Shown here: piece by piece, positions 39,859-49,832 of the stretch
Layout: each line of letters starts with the position of its first letter
How positions within the stretch are numbered: the stretch's first letter is position 1
Origin: Candidatus Marinacidobacterales bacterium
Lineage (GTDB): Bacteria; Acidobacteriota; Vicinamibacteria; Marinacidobacterales; DATDRI01
Reading direction: 5' to 3'
Length of the DNA: 64,000 nucleotides
Assembly: GCA_965219415.1 (NCBI GenBank)
Contig: OZ244742.1
Location: forward strand, 1,280,001 to 1,344,000
Position numbers and translations under genes: made by a program
Notes under the pieces: model-generated
What the model was told of the DNA's origin: nothing
Seen by the model: only the letters and a program-made list of their open reading frames with translations
Databases searched by the model: none

Positions 39859-41318
39859 GGGGATGTCCCGGCCGCTGTTGAATTTGGTCGGGTAGCGGCG
39901 GCACCTGTGAATACTCTTAGGCAGCAAACTCATCGCTGTCAAGAGATTTCTGTTTGCTTCTAAGCGCGTGAACGAAAGCGCCCATATGGCGATAGCCTTT
40001 GATACGCCGGAACTTTTTCTGCGCGGTGACGACGCCAAGAGCGGTCCATCGGCGAACCATGGAAGGACTCTTCCAACGCTTGACGTTTCTCGATACTCTG
40101 CGAATGGTTCCGTTGAGATTCTCAATGGCGTTCGTCGTGGCAAGAGACTGGCGAAGTAAGGCGGGCAGCGCGAGCTTCACGACCGTGAGTGTCTCTTCCA
40201 TCCCTTCACGAAGGCTTCCGGCAGCTTCGTCGTAGCCGTTTCGCTCGAGCCACGACACCAATGCCTGAAGTCGCTTGCGCGCCTTGTCGGCACTCTTGCA
40301 CTTGTAGGCTTCCTTCATCGTCTGGAGCACGTAGGCGTGACGAGACTTGGGAAGGTACGAGCGAAGATTCCGGAGTTTATGGATCTGGCACCTTTGGATG
40401 ACCGCGAGGTCCCCCAAAACGTCGACGAGTGCCTTGCGGATGCCTTTGCCTCCGTCCACTACGCAGAGAATCGACTCATCGACGCGCAAGCCCCGCTCGA
40501 GAAGGTCCTGCAACATCGCGGTGCACACCCGAGAGTTCTCCGTCGAGCCCAGCCATATACCCAGGGGCACCTTCGTTCCATCTATTGTGATACCTAGAGT
40601 TACGACGACGGTCTGTCCGGCCACCTCAAGGCCATCCAGCATCAGTGCCGCAAGCTCGAACTCCTCTAGCCGCCGAGACAGGTATTCCTCGAGCTTCTTA
40701 GTCGTCTGGCTCACGAGGTGACGGCTGGCGGCACTCTTACTCGTGCCACGAGACTTCAACTTGGCCGCGGGTTTGTTCAGACTCGATTCGTAATTTCGGG
40801 TCGATACCCCCACCAAGATCTGATTCAACACTCGCTCTGGAAGCGGGTCTTCTTCGCGGAAGGCTTCGAAGTGTGGAAGCGACGCCTCCTCGCCCGACTT
40901 CGAGCGAACTCGAGGTCGCGACACTTGGATGCGACGACCACCGAAGCTCAGCTCTCCGTTCGTGCTCCCCCAGTGGTTATGAGTTCGCTCCTTCTCGTGC
41001 TTGCCCTTGAGCCCCGCGATCTCCTCGGCGTCCTCTCTGAGCAGTAGGTGCAGAGCTGTCAGTCCTTGCTCGTACACCCATTCCGTCAGTTCCGCCTTCG
41101 TGGCCGCGATCCCAGCTATCATCGGTAGCAGTATCTGACCGACTTGGCCAACTACCTTGCCCGTAGGCGAGTGCGTTTGCTTTCTTACTGGCTTCTTTGA
41201 TTTCCTAGGCATTGGTGGCTCCTTGTCCCCCTCTGGAGACGGTTGTTTGGCAGACCTATTCTTAGGCCGGCCAAGGAGCCGCCGCTACCCCAAATTCAAC
41301 ATCCGGCGGGACATCCCC
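39859..41318 (-). mobile_element. IS256-family insertion sequence (inside mltB)
   Basis: Imperfect ~40-bp IRs GGGGATGTCCCG..(N)TGTTGAATTTGG..GGTAGCGGCGG. Short CGCT/CCGCT target duplication. Confidence 0.9.
39917..41212 (-). CDS. IS256 (mutator-type) DDE transposase
   Basis: GVSTR, LMLDG, VVDGGKG, QRCQIHK, TTNAIENLN. Confidence 0.93.
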   Translation of the reverse strand: MPRKSKKPVRKQTHSPTGKVVGQVGQILLPMIAGIAATKAELTEWVYEQGLTALHLLLREDAEEIAGLKGKHEKERTHNHWGSTNGELSFGGRRIQVSRPRVRSKSGEEASLPHFEAFREEDPLPERVLNQILVGVSTRNYESSLNKPAAKLKSRGTSKSAASRHLVSQTTKKLEEYLSRRLEEFELAALMLDGLEVAGQTVVVTLGITIDGTKVPLGIWLGSTENSRVCTAMLQDLLERGLRVDESILCVVDGGKGIRKALVDVLGDLAVIQRCQIHKLRNLRSYLPKSRHAYVLQTMKEAYKCKSADKARKRLQALVSWLERNGYDEAAGSLREGMEETLTVVKLALPALLRQSLATTNAIENLNGTIRRVSRNVKRWKSPSMVRRWTALGVVTAQKKFRRIKGYRHMGAFVHALRSKQKSLDSDEFAA

Positions 41319-42303
41319 CGCTTCGACGGGTAGCCAACCGTGCCACTTCAGATAGTTTGCTACGCTTCCGATCGCGTCATCGACGTTGTCGAACAGGTCT
41401 CTCCGGCCGTCACCGTCGAAATCAACGGCGAGGTAGCGGTAGCTGCCCGGCATGAACTGCGCGATCCCCATGGCGCCCGCGTAGGAACCCCGCGCGTTTA
41501 GCGCCCCGACTACGTCCTCTTCACGGGTAAGAAGGAGGTACTGCTCCAACTCGGATCCGAAAAAATCGGCCCGCGGAGGATAGTCGAATGCGAGCGTGGT
41601 GAGAGCGTCGAGCACGCGAAAGGAACCGGTGTTTTTGCCATAGTGTGTCTCGATTCCAATGATGGCAATGATCAGTTCCTCAGGAACTCCGAATTCGCGC
41701 CTCGCCTTCGCCAGTGCCTCGGCGTGCTCGTTCCAAAACCGAACCCCTCCTTGCACTCTCGCCGGATTCACAAACATCGGTCGGTAGTCGTCCCAAGGCT
41801 TGCGCTTGGTTGCCTTGGACATCGCCTTGATGATGCGCGGCTGATGGGTCGCGCGGGCGAAAAGACTCTCAAGGGCGGCGGCATCGAAGCCGTGCTTCAA
41901 AGCCATCGCATCGATGAAAAGCTTGAGCTCGGGGTTGCCGGCGTAGGATTTCGTGGGTGTGCGAGCCGATACGGTCGAGGCCACGCCGAGGACGACCAAC
42001 ACAGCCAGCCCGAACTGAATCCGCGCGACTTGGCCGCCCGGACCGTGGGCAGTTCCCCACGCCCTAAACCGCTGACGTGTCGCCTTTTGCTCTGAATTGG
42101 CCCTTGTGGACATCTTCACCCGCTATACGTTCACACCACGTGCCAGCGACGATCTCGCTGACAAGCAATCCTCGGTGGGAGCTGCCCACTCGAATGCGCC
42201 TACGAGCGACAGCTTCCGCTGTCATGACCCACGGGATGGAAGAGATTATAGCGGCATCTGGCTAGGTTGAGTAGTTGCATCCTAGTCCGCGAGGAGCCAT
42301 CTC

Positions 42304-42368
42304 CTGTCCCGAAGCCGCTTGCCCGCGAAGGGCGGTGGTGGTGGGGCCCCGCCGCACTGAGCGAAGGA
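42304..42368. repeat. Modular REP-like intergenic repeat, copy B
   Basis: Aligns with 31467-31538, including GGTGGGGCCCCGCC and GAAGGA. Confidence 0.7.
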
Positions 42369-42507
42369 GCAAGCACTCAGGAAAGCTTGCTTGCTTGACG
42401 CGTTCGCTCGCGGCATTATACCGTCGTCGCCCTATGTTATTCGAGCTTAGAGACTAACACCCGTGGCAAGGCCCTCCTACCCCTCTCCTAAAGGCATCCG
42501 AGCAAAG

Positions 42508-44718
42508 ATGACTACCAAGAGATTTTCCGAGATTGTGTTTTTGCTGACGGCGCTTCTAGTTAGCGGCGCTGCAGCACCTTTGACGACTCCCACTTCACCT
42601 GGCGGTGACTGGACCGATTGGCGTGGCCCGGCGCGGGACGGCCGATCAGCGGAGAGCGGCCTCCCTACTCGTTGGACGCTCGACGGCGATAACCTCGTTT
42701 GGAAGCTTCCGTACGGAAGCCGATCGACTCCCATCGTGCTCGGTGACCGACTCTATCTTCAGAACGCCGCGGGTGAAGGCGACACGATGCAAGAGCGTGT
42801 CATGTGCTTCAACGCGAACACTGGAGAGCTGCTATGGGAGCACCGCTTCAACGTGTACCAAAGTGACGTCCCCCCGCATCGCGTGGGATGGGCCTCGCCG
42901 GTTGGCGATCCCAAGACAGGCAACGTGTTTGCGTATGGCGTCGGCGGAGTTTTGTTGTCGCTGAACCAAGAAGGTGAACTGCTGTGGAGCCGTCCGCTGG
43001 GCGAGGACTTCGGTTTGATAACCACCCATGGTGGTCGTACTGCATCTCCCGTCATCGAAGGGGAGCTCTTAATCGTGAGCGGGCTCAATTCGGGTTGGGG
43101 TAGCCAAGCGAGAGGCGCACAGAGATTCTTTGCCTTCGATAAGTCGACCGGGGAAACCATGTGGGTCAGCTCACCGGGCGGCCGCCCCTATGACACGACG
43201 TACTCCCCTCCCATCGGCGTGGACGTCAATGAAACCCGCTTGCTCATCGCGGGCGGCGGTGACGGCGCGGTGCACGCTTTGAAGCCACAAACCGGCGAGC
43301 CGGTCTGGAAGTACGAGTTCAGCAAGCGCGGCGTCAACTCAGGGACGGTGCTAAAAGGAACGACGGCCATCGTAAGCCACGGCGAGGAGAATCTGGCAAG
43401 CAGCGAGATGGGCTTCATCGCTGCAATCGATGCCGCCGCGACCGGCCAAATCGAGCAAAACCAAGTGAAATGGCAGGAGTTCGGATTCCTCGGCGGCTAC
43501 TCGTCTCCGGTCATCGATGGCGATCGTGTTTACCAAGTCGACAACGCGGCAAACCTCGTCGCCTTCGATATCGAGACCGGCAACCGACACTGGTCACTCA
43601 ACTTGGGAACCATCCAACGTGCTTCGCCGGTTCTCGCGGATGGAAAGCTTTACGTGGGTACGGTGAACGGCAAGTTCTATATCATCAAGCCCGGCGCCGA
43701 AAGCGCCGAGATCCTGAGCGAAGTCCAATTGGGAAGCCAGTCCGAAATAGAAGAAATCTTCGCGTCGGCCGCCATCTCGCGCGGCCGGGTCTACTTGGCG
43801 TCGAGTCGCGCCCTTTACTGCATCGGTGAAGGATCGAAATCAACCGGAGGCGAAGCAACTCCTGCCCCCCCCTTGCCGAAAGCGGGCTCACCGACTCATG
43901 TCCAGGTCGTTCCAACCGAATTGGTTTTGGCCCCTGGTGACACCGTTCAATTCCAGGCTCGGCTTTTCGACAAGCGCGGTCTCTTTGTCGGCGTCGAAAA
44001 CGCGAGTTGGTCTCTCGATGGCCTCCGGGGCACGATCGATACCGCCGGTACTTTCAGCGCCGGGGCTTTCGAATATGGACAGGCGGGACAGGTAAAGGCA
44101 GCAGTTGGCGGCATGGCTGGCGTAGCTCGCGTTCGCGTCATTCCCCCCTTACCTTGGAACGAAGATTTCGAAGCCATCCCGGTGGACAAGCTGCCGCGAC
44201 ATTGGATCAACGGCACCGGCAAATACCTTGTGCGCGAAGAAGACGGAAACAAGATCCTTGTCAAGCGGGCCGACAATCCGTTTCTAAAACGCGCCCGCGC
44301 GTACCTCGGGTCTTCCGATTGGTCCGACTATACCGTCGCCGTCGACGTGAGGTCTTCGGAAAGGCGACGCCAGATGGGCGATGCAGGCGTCATCGGCCAA
44401 CGATATGCGCTCGTACTCTTCGGCAACCACCAACGTTTAGAGCTTCACGCCTGGCAGCCGGAAACGAGCCGTAGCGTGCGTGCCCCGTTCACCTGGAAGC
44501 CGGACGTGTGGTACCGCGTCAAGCTCGAAGTTCAGAACCTGTCGGACGGAACGACGCGCGCGCGCGGAAAAGCCTGGCTCGCCACGACGCCGGAACCGGC
44601 CGAATGGACGGTGGAGCGGATCGATCCCATCCCCAATCGTGAAGGCAGCCCCGGGCTCTACGCCAACGCCATCAACGAAGTCTTCTTCGATAATCTCGAG
44701 GTTAAAGAAAATCCATGA
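42508..44718 (+). CDS. Large exported PQQ-like beta-propeller protein with C-terminal Ig-like and lectin/jelly-roll-like domains
   Basis: WTDWRGPARDG, multiple SP..G..W blades, then VQVVPTELVLAPG (Ig-like) and WKPDVWYRVKLEV...GSPGLY...FFDNLEV. Confidence 0.82.
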   Translation: MTTKRFSEIVFLLTALLVSGAAAPLTTPTSPGGDWTDWRGPARDGRSAESGLPTRWTLDGDNLVWKLPYGSRSTPIVLGDRLYLQNAAGEGDTMQERVMCFNANTGELLWEHRFNVYQSDVPPHRVGWASPVGDPKTGNVFAYGVGGVLLSLNQEGELLWSRPLGEDFGLITTHGGRTASPVIEGELLIVSGLNSGWGSQARGAQRFFAFDKSTGETMWVSSPGGRPYDTTYSPPIGVDVNETRLLIAGGGDGAVHALKPQTGEPVWKYEFSKRGVNSGTVLKGTTAIVSHGEENLASSEMGFIAAIDAAATGQIEQNQVKWQEFGFLGGYSSPVIDGDRVYQVDNAANLVAFDIETGNRHWSLNLGTIQRASPVLADGKLYVGTVNGKFYIIKPGAESAEILSEVQLGSQSEIEEIFASAAISRGRVYLASSRALYCIGEGSKSTGGEATPAPPLPKAGSPTHVQVVPTELVLAPGDTVQFQARLFDKRGLFVGVENASWSLDGLRGTIDTAGTFSAGAFEYGQAGQVKAAVGGMAGVARVRVIPPLPWNEDFEAIPVDKLPRHWINGTGKYLVREEDGNKILVKRADNPFLKRARAYLGSSDWSDYTVAVDVRSSERRRQMGDAGVIGQRYALVLFGNHQRLELHAWQPETSRSVRAPFTWKPDVWYRVKLEVQNLSDGTTRARGKAWLATTPEPAEWTVERIDPIPNREGSPGLYANAINEVFFDNLEVKENP

Positions 44719-46178
44719 CCCGCAAAGTGAAATCGCCCCGATTGCTTCTACTGAGGAGCCTGCTCATCCCCTCGCTGTTCATCGTCCTCGTCGGCATTGC
44801 CTCGACACGTCCGGCGTCGGACACCGCCGGTGATTGGCCGATGTGGGGAGGCACTCCGGACCGCAACATGATCTCCTCCATGACCGGTCTTCCCGAAACG
44901 TGGGACGTGGAGGAGAAGAAGAACGTCCGTTGGGTGGCCGCCCTGGGCTCGCAGACTTACGGCAATCCGGTGGTTGCCGGCGGCAAAGTGTTCGTGGGTA
45001 CTAATAATGAAGGGCTCTACGATCCCGAGAGGGCGGGAGACGCGGGGATCTTGGTGGTCTTCCGCGAATCCGACGGCGAATTTCTTTGGCAAGCGTTCTC
45101 CGAAAAGCTCGCCTCCGGTCGCGTGAATGACTGGCCGTACCAAGGAATCTGCAGCTCGCCACTCGTCGAGGGCGACCGTCTCTACTACGTGACCAGCCGT
45201 GGTGAAGTGGCGGCCCTCGACACCGAGGGTTTCCTAGACGGTGAGAACGATGGCCCGTTCGAAGCGGAGGAACGTACCAGCGAAAATGACGCCGATGTCG
45301 TCTGGGTCTTCGACATGATGGAGGAGGTTGGGACCTTCCAGCACAACATGGCCAACTCTTCACCGGTGGCCTACGGCGATCTCATCTACGTCAGTACTTC
45401 GAACGGACAAGACGAGAGTCACGTTAACATCCCCTCCCCGCGCGCACCGGCCATCATCGCGCTCAACAAGAACACCGGAGAGTTGGTTTGGGAAGATAAC
45501 TCGGTCGAAGACCGAGTCCTCCACGGACAGTGGTCCTCCGCCTCGGTGGGCGAGCTGGGTGGCGTTGTTCAAGTGGTGATGGGTCAGGGCGACGGCTGGG
45601 TGAGAGGCTACGAGGCGCTCAACGGCAAAAAGCTTTGGGAATTCAATACCAATCCTGAAGATTCCAAGTGGCCACGAACGCGGAACAACATCATTAGTAC
45701 GCCCGTGCTCTACAACAACCACGTCTTCATCGGCAACGGACAGGATCCGGAGCACGGCGAAGGTGTCGGCCATTTTTACGCGATCGATCCCACAAAAAGA
45801 GGCGATATCACCGACACCGGGCGGGTATGGCACTACGACAAGATCCGCCGCACCATCTCGACCGCCGCTATCCATGACGGCTTGATTTACATCCCCGACT
45901 TCAGCGGCTTTCTTCACGCCCTCGACATCGAGACCGGGGAGCCGGTATGGGTGCACGACACGTTCGCCGCGGTCTGGTCCTCCCCGCTCATCGCGGACGG
46001 CAAGTTGTACCTAGGCGACGAAGATGGCGACGTCGTGTTGTTGAAGCCGGGGAGAGAAGAGGTGGTTCTTCAGGAGATGAACCTCGGGAGCTCGGTTTAC
46101 TCTTCCGTGGTTCCTGCCAACGGTTCGCTCTACATTGCCAGCCGCAACAAACTGTTCGCCCTAGCCAGGCAACCCTAA
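44715..46178 (+). CDS. Exported PQQ-like beta-propeller protein
   Basis: DWPMWGGTPDRN, GICSSP, HGQWSS, GQDPEHGEG, WSSPLIADGK; ATGA overlap with the previous gene. Confidence 0.85.
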   Translation: MTRKVKSPRLLLLRSLLIPSLFIVLVGIASTRPASDTAGDWPMWGGTPDRNMISSMTGLPETWDVEEKKNVRWVAALGSQTYGNPVVAGGKVFVGTNNEGLYDPERAGDAGILVVFRESDGEFLWQAFSEKLASGRVNDWPYQGICSSPLVEGDRLYYVTSRGEVAALDTEGFLDGENDGPFEAEERTSENDADVVWVFDMMEEVGTFQHNMANSSPVAYGDLIYVSTSNGQDESHVNIPSPRAPAIIALNKNTGELVWEDNSVEDRVLHGQWSSASVGELGGVVQVVMGQGDGWVRGYEALNGKKLWEFNTNPEDSKWPRTRNNIISTPVLYNNHVFIGNGQDPEHGEGVGHFYAIDPTKRGDITDTGRVWHYDKIRRTISTAAIHDGLIYIPDFSGFLHALDIETGEPVWVHDTFAAVWSSPLIADGKLYLGDEDGDVVLLKPGREEVVLQEMNLGSSVYSSVVPANGSLYIASRNKLFALARQP

Positions 46179-46214
46179 ATGGCCTGGCTAGCCCTGAACG
46201 GGCTAACTGGCTGA

Positions 46215-47351
46215 ATGACCGCAATGGAGCCTTTCGACTACCGGCCCCAAACCCGCGTGGTTTTCCGTAGAGGGGCGCTCTCGAGTTTGGGCGCGCTTGC
46301 CCAAGAGCTGGGATTTCGTCGCACCCTCATCGTGTCCGATCTCGGGGTGGTTCGCTCGGGCCATTTCGAATCCGCGAGCAAAGAGATACGCGACGTTGGG
46401 ATCGAGGTGTTCGGATTTCACGACTTCGGTGAGGATCCCGACACAAGCATGGTCGAATCGGGGCGTGACGTAGCCGCAACGAACAAGATCGACTCTTTGG
46501 TCGGGCTCGGTGGCGGCAGCTCGATGGACTGCGCCAAGGGTATCAACTTCCTGCTAACCAACGGCGGCACCATGAAAGACTATTGGGGTATCGGGAAAGC
46601 CTCGAAACGCATGCTTCCGTCGATCGGCGTCCCCACAACGGCTGGAACCGGCAGCGAGGCGCAGTCCTTTGCGCTTATCTCCGACGCGGAGTCTCATGCC
46701 AAGATGGCGTGCGGGGATCCAAAAGCCGCGTTCCGCGTCGCGCTTCTCGACCCTGAGCTCACCGTGTCGCAACCGAAGCAAGTGACCGCCGCCACTGGTT
46801 TCGATGCCATCGCGCACGCCGTCGAAACTTACGTCACCCGGAAGCGCAGCCGCCTCTCCGACATGTTCTCCCGTGAGGCGTGGCGCCTGCTGGACGCGAA
46901 CTATGAACGCTCTCTCTCCCAATCGGACGACATCGAGGCCCGCGCCGCCATGCAGCTCGGCGCCTATTACGCGGGCGTCGCGATCGAAAACTCGATGCTG
47001 GGTGCAACGCACGCCTGTGCTAATCCACTGACCGCGCACTATGGAACGACGCACGGTGTGGCGCTTGCCATGCTCTTACCGCAGGTGGTCCGCTGGAATG
47101 CACAGGTCGCGGGCCTCCGTTACGCGGAGCTCGTGGGATCGAACAAGGCTGATGCCGGCGAGAAACTGGCCAAGAGACTCGAACAACTAGCTGCCGCGGG
47201 CGATTTGTCGACCCGCCTGGGCACGGTTGGGGTGCCGGAGACCGACCTGAAGATGCTCGCCGATGAAGCAGCCCTCCAATGGACCGGCAGCTTCAACCCA
47301 CGCGCCTTCGATGCCGCAGGAGCCTTGGAGGTCTATCGTTGGGCGTATTGA
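46215..47351 (+). CDS. Iron-containing alcohol dehydrogenase
   Basis: GLGGGSSMDCAKG, PTTAGTGSE, DAIAH, ATHA and THG metal ligands. Confidence 0.92.
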   Translation: MTAMEPFDYRPQTRVVFRRGALSSLGALAQELGFRRTLIVSDLGVVRSGHFESASKEIRDVGIEVFGFHDFGEDPDTSMVESGRDVAATNKIDSLVGLGGGSSMDCAKGINFLLTNGGTMKDYWGIGKASKRMLPSIGVPTTAGTGSEAQSFALISDAESHAKMACGDPKAAFRVALLDPELTVSQPKQVTAATGFDAIAHAVETYVTRKRSRLSDMFSREAWRLLDANYERSLSQSDDIEARAAMQLGAYYAGVAIENSMLGATHACANPLTAHYGTTHGVALAMLLPQVVRWNAQVAGLRYAELVGSNKADAGEKLAKRLEQLAAAGDLSTRLGTVGVPETDLKMLADEAALQWTGSFNPRAFDAAGALEVYRWAY

Positions 47352-48472
47352 TCTCCCTGCTCCTAGGCATTGGCGCCTCCGGCGTGACGTCCATCGCGCA
47401 AGCAAACCAGGAAAGCTGGAGTCAATTCCGCGGAAGTCCGGGACTCGTCGGTATTTCGCACTCTAAGCTTCCGGAGGCCTTGGAACTCCTTTGGACCTAT
47501 GAAGGCGAAGACTCGATTGACTCCTCGGCAGCTATCGTGGACGGCGTCGTATACGTCGGCACGTTTTCCGGAGACTTGCTGGCCATCTCTTTGCGAGACG
47601 GATCCCTTCGATGGAAATACTCGACTGGGGAAGAAGGAATCGGCGAGTCCTCCCCCGCAGTCTCGAACGGTACCGTCTACGTTGGCGATTTGGCAGGTGT
47701 CGTACACGCTGTTGATGCCGTCAACGGCAAACCGGTTTGGACCTTCCAAACGCTCGGTGAGATCAAATCGTCGCCGGTCATCATCGAAGAAAAGCTGCTC
47801 ATCGGCTCGTACGACGAACATGTGTACTGCCTTTCCGCCAAGACCGGCGAGTTGCTGTGGAAGCTCAGGAGCAACGGGTTCATACACGGCACGCCGGCCA
47901 CCAGCAAAGGGCTAACCTACGTGACAGGCTGTGATTCCATGCTGCGCGCCGTCCGCATCACCGATGGCAAGGAGATGCATCAGATCGACTCCGGCTCTTA
48001 CACCGCCGCATCCCCCGCTCTCGTTGATGGCTTCGCCTACTACGGGACGTTCGACGACCAAGTGCTCGCGGTAGACCTCGCCAAGTTGGAGATCGCTTGG
48101 CGCTACGAGCATCCGGTCCGCCACTTCCCTTTTTACTCTTCGGCCGCGGTGTTCGACGGCCGTGTCGTCTTGGGTGGGCGGGACAAGATGGTGCACTGCC
48201 TCGACGCCCGCTCCGGAGAAGCGTTGTGGACCTTCCGTACCGGCGCTCGAGTGGATTCTTCACCCGTGGTGACGAGTGGCCGGGTCTACGTTGGATCGAA
48301 CGACGGACGCCTCTATGTGTTGAGCCTCGCGACCGGCGAGAAACTCTGGGAGTTCGACGCGGGTGCTCCCTTAACGGCTTCACCGGCGGTAGCCGAGGGG
48401 CGTTTGGTGATAGGCTCCCAGGACGGGGTACTTTATTGCTTTGGTTCGGCCACTGAAAAGACAAAAGAGTAA
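47348..48472 (+). CDS. Exported PQQ-like/BamB-like beta-propeller protein
   Basis: WSQFRG, eight SS(P/A)...G.VYVG...G..W blades. Start approximate (TTGA overlap with the ADH stop). Confidence 0.85.
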   Translation: MISLLLGIGASGVTSIAQANQESWSQFRGSPGLVGISHSKLPEALELLWTYEGEDSIDSSAAIVDGVVYVGTFSGDLLAISLRDGSLRWKYSTGEEGIGESSPAVSNGTVYVGDLAGVVHAVDAVNGKPVWTFQTLGEIKSSPVIIEEKLLIGSYDEHVYCLSAKTGELLWKLRSNGFIHGTPATSKGLTYVTGCDSMLRAVRITDGKEMHQIDSGSYTAASPALVDGFAYYGTFDDQVLAVDLAKLEIAWRYEHPVRHFPFYSSAAVFDGRVVLGGRDKMVHCLDARSGEALWTFRTGARVDSSPVVTSGRVYVGSNDGRLYVLSLATGEKLWEFDAGAPLTASPAVAEGRLVIGSQDGVLYCFGSATEKTKE

Positions 48473-48496
48473 TTCATTGATTGGAGCTTATCTCAA

Positions 48497-48946
48497 ATGC
48501 AATGGTTAACATGGGTCATAGGGGCGGTTTTGGCCTGGGGGATGTATGGCGTCGCTTTGCACCGGGGGCAGGTGCTCCTCGGCAACCCGATGCGCGCCCT
48601 ACTTTGTGTCGGGTTCGCGTACTTCCTCATCGGGATTCTGGTGCCGGTGGTGGCTCTTTCCTATGAAGGCGGGCTCGGCGGATTCAACTGGAACGGCTCC
48701 GCCTTCGCAACGCTCGGGGGAGCATTGGGCGCGGTAGGCGCCGCGTTCATCATCTGGGCTTTCAAGGCAGGGGGACTCCCCACCTATGTCATGCCCCTGG
48801 TCTTCGCCGGCGCGCCGCTGGTCAACGTCATCGTCTCGATGGTGGTACATCCACCCAAGACCGCACCAAGTCCTCTGCTCTACCTTGGCTTCGTTCTCGC
48901 CGCCGCGGGCGCGGGGATGGTGCTGTACTTCCGGCCCGCGTCTTGA
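48497..48946 (+). CDS. Small five-TM membrane protein (DMT/EamA-like half)
   Basis: 149 aa, hydrophobic, with WGMYG, GALGAVG and VMPLVFAGAP motifs. Confidence 0.7.
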   Translation: MQWLTWVIGAVLAWGMYGVALHRGQVLLGNPMRALLCVGFAYFLIGILVPVVALSYEGGLGGFNWNGSAFATLGGALGAVGAAFIIWAFKAGGLPTYVMPLVFAGAPLVNVIVSMVVHPPKTAPSPLLYLGFVLAAAGAGMVLYFRPAS

Positions 48947-48979
48947 CGTAGGCGGCCGTAGGCCTGGGAGAAAGGCTGA

Positions 48980-49351
48980 ATGAAATCGGTCGTGTTGGGC
49001 GTAGCGCTAGCCCTGGCCACGATCGGCTTTTCTCGTCTTCTGCCTAGACCGCAAACTCGTCGTCCCTTCGCAGTTCTTCTTGGGGCCGCCGCCGGCGTCT
49101 ATGTCGGCGACGCTTTGTCAACTGGAGGCATGCTCTTGGCGATTCAGACCGCCGCTTTCGCAGCCTTCGTTATCTTGGCGATGCTGAGGGCGCCATGGGT
49201 GCTCGGTGCGGCCTGGATGCTTCACGGGGGCTGGGACCTGCTTCATTTACGCGAAGCGATCCCGACCACCTTGCCAGTGTCTTATCAACTGGCCTGCCTC
49301 GCCGCCGATCTTGTTTGGGGAGCGTTTCTGCTGCGCTTATCGACACAATAA
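48980..49351 (+). CDS. Small membrane protein (possibly DUF6010-like)
   Basis: AAGVYVG and W.LHGGWDLLH motifs; four to five TMs. Confidence 0.55.
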   Translation: MKSVVLGVALALATIGFSRLLPRPQTRRPFAVLLGAAAGVYVGDALSTGGMLLAIQTAAFAAFVILAMLRAPWVLGAAWMLHGGWDLLHLREAIPTTLPVSYQLACLAADLVWGAFLLRLSTQ

Positions 49352-49362
49352 TAGGAGTGACT

Positions 49363-49803
49363 ATGGTGTCCTTGATCGCTCAATCGTTGATTGCGGTTCT
49401 AATACAGAACCCCAGCGAGGCGGAAGTCCTCGCCCGAGTTGTGGAGTTTGGCGAGGCCTTCGTGGCAGCAGACGTCGAGGGGCTCGGCGAAATGCTAACC
49501 GACGACTACGTCCACTCGGGCCCGACGGGTAGCGTCCGGACTAAACAAGAGTGGCTGCGCTGGATCACTACCCGGCGGGAGGCCATCGACTCGGGAGCCT
49601 TTCGCATGGACACTTACGAGAACGATCAGCTCCTCGTTCGTATTCATGGAGACACCGCTATCGTGAGCGGGCGCAATAGCGCCACTGGCATAAGGGACGG
49701 CCAGCCTTTCAGTTGGCGGATTCGCTTCACCAATGTGTGGGTGAAGCAAGAGGGGCAGTGGCGACGCGCCGCCTTTCATGACAGCCGCATCACGGCGCCC
49801 TAA
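49363..49803 (+). CDS. NTF2-like/DUF4440 protein
   Basis: LTDDYVHSGPTG, VRIHGDTAIVSG, RFTNVWVKQEGQWR; ATG behind an AGGAG SD. Confidence 0.8.
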   Translation: MVSLIAQSLIAVLIQNPSEAEVLARVVEFGEAFVAADVEGLGEMLTDDYVHSGPTGSVRTKQEWLRWITTRREAIDSGAFRMDTYENDQLLVRIHGDTAIVSGRNSATGIRDGQPFSWRIRFTNVWVKQEGQWRRAAFHDSRITAP

Positions 49804-49832
49804 ACGGTAAGGTGTTCCCGTCGCCGGCTTCG

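Larger units (their letters stand above)
38145..42119 (-). pseudogene. mltB: Lytic murein transglycosylase B interrupted by IS256 and ISL3
   Basis: Three pieces rejoin in frame: IGIETHYG...GSYAGAMGIAQFMP...DFDGDG...HGWLPVEA | VAVRAQ...NNFYV | ITRYNRSAYYAMAV...GR*. Confidence 0.92.
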
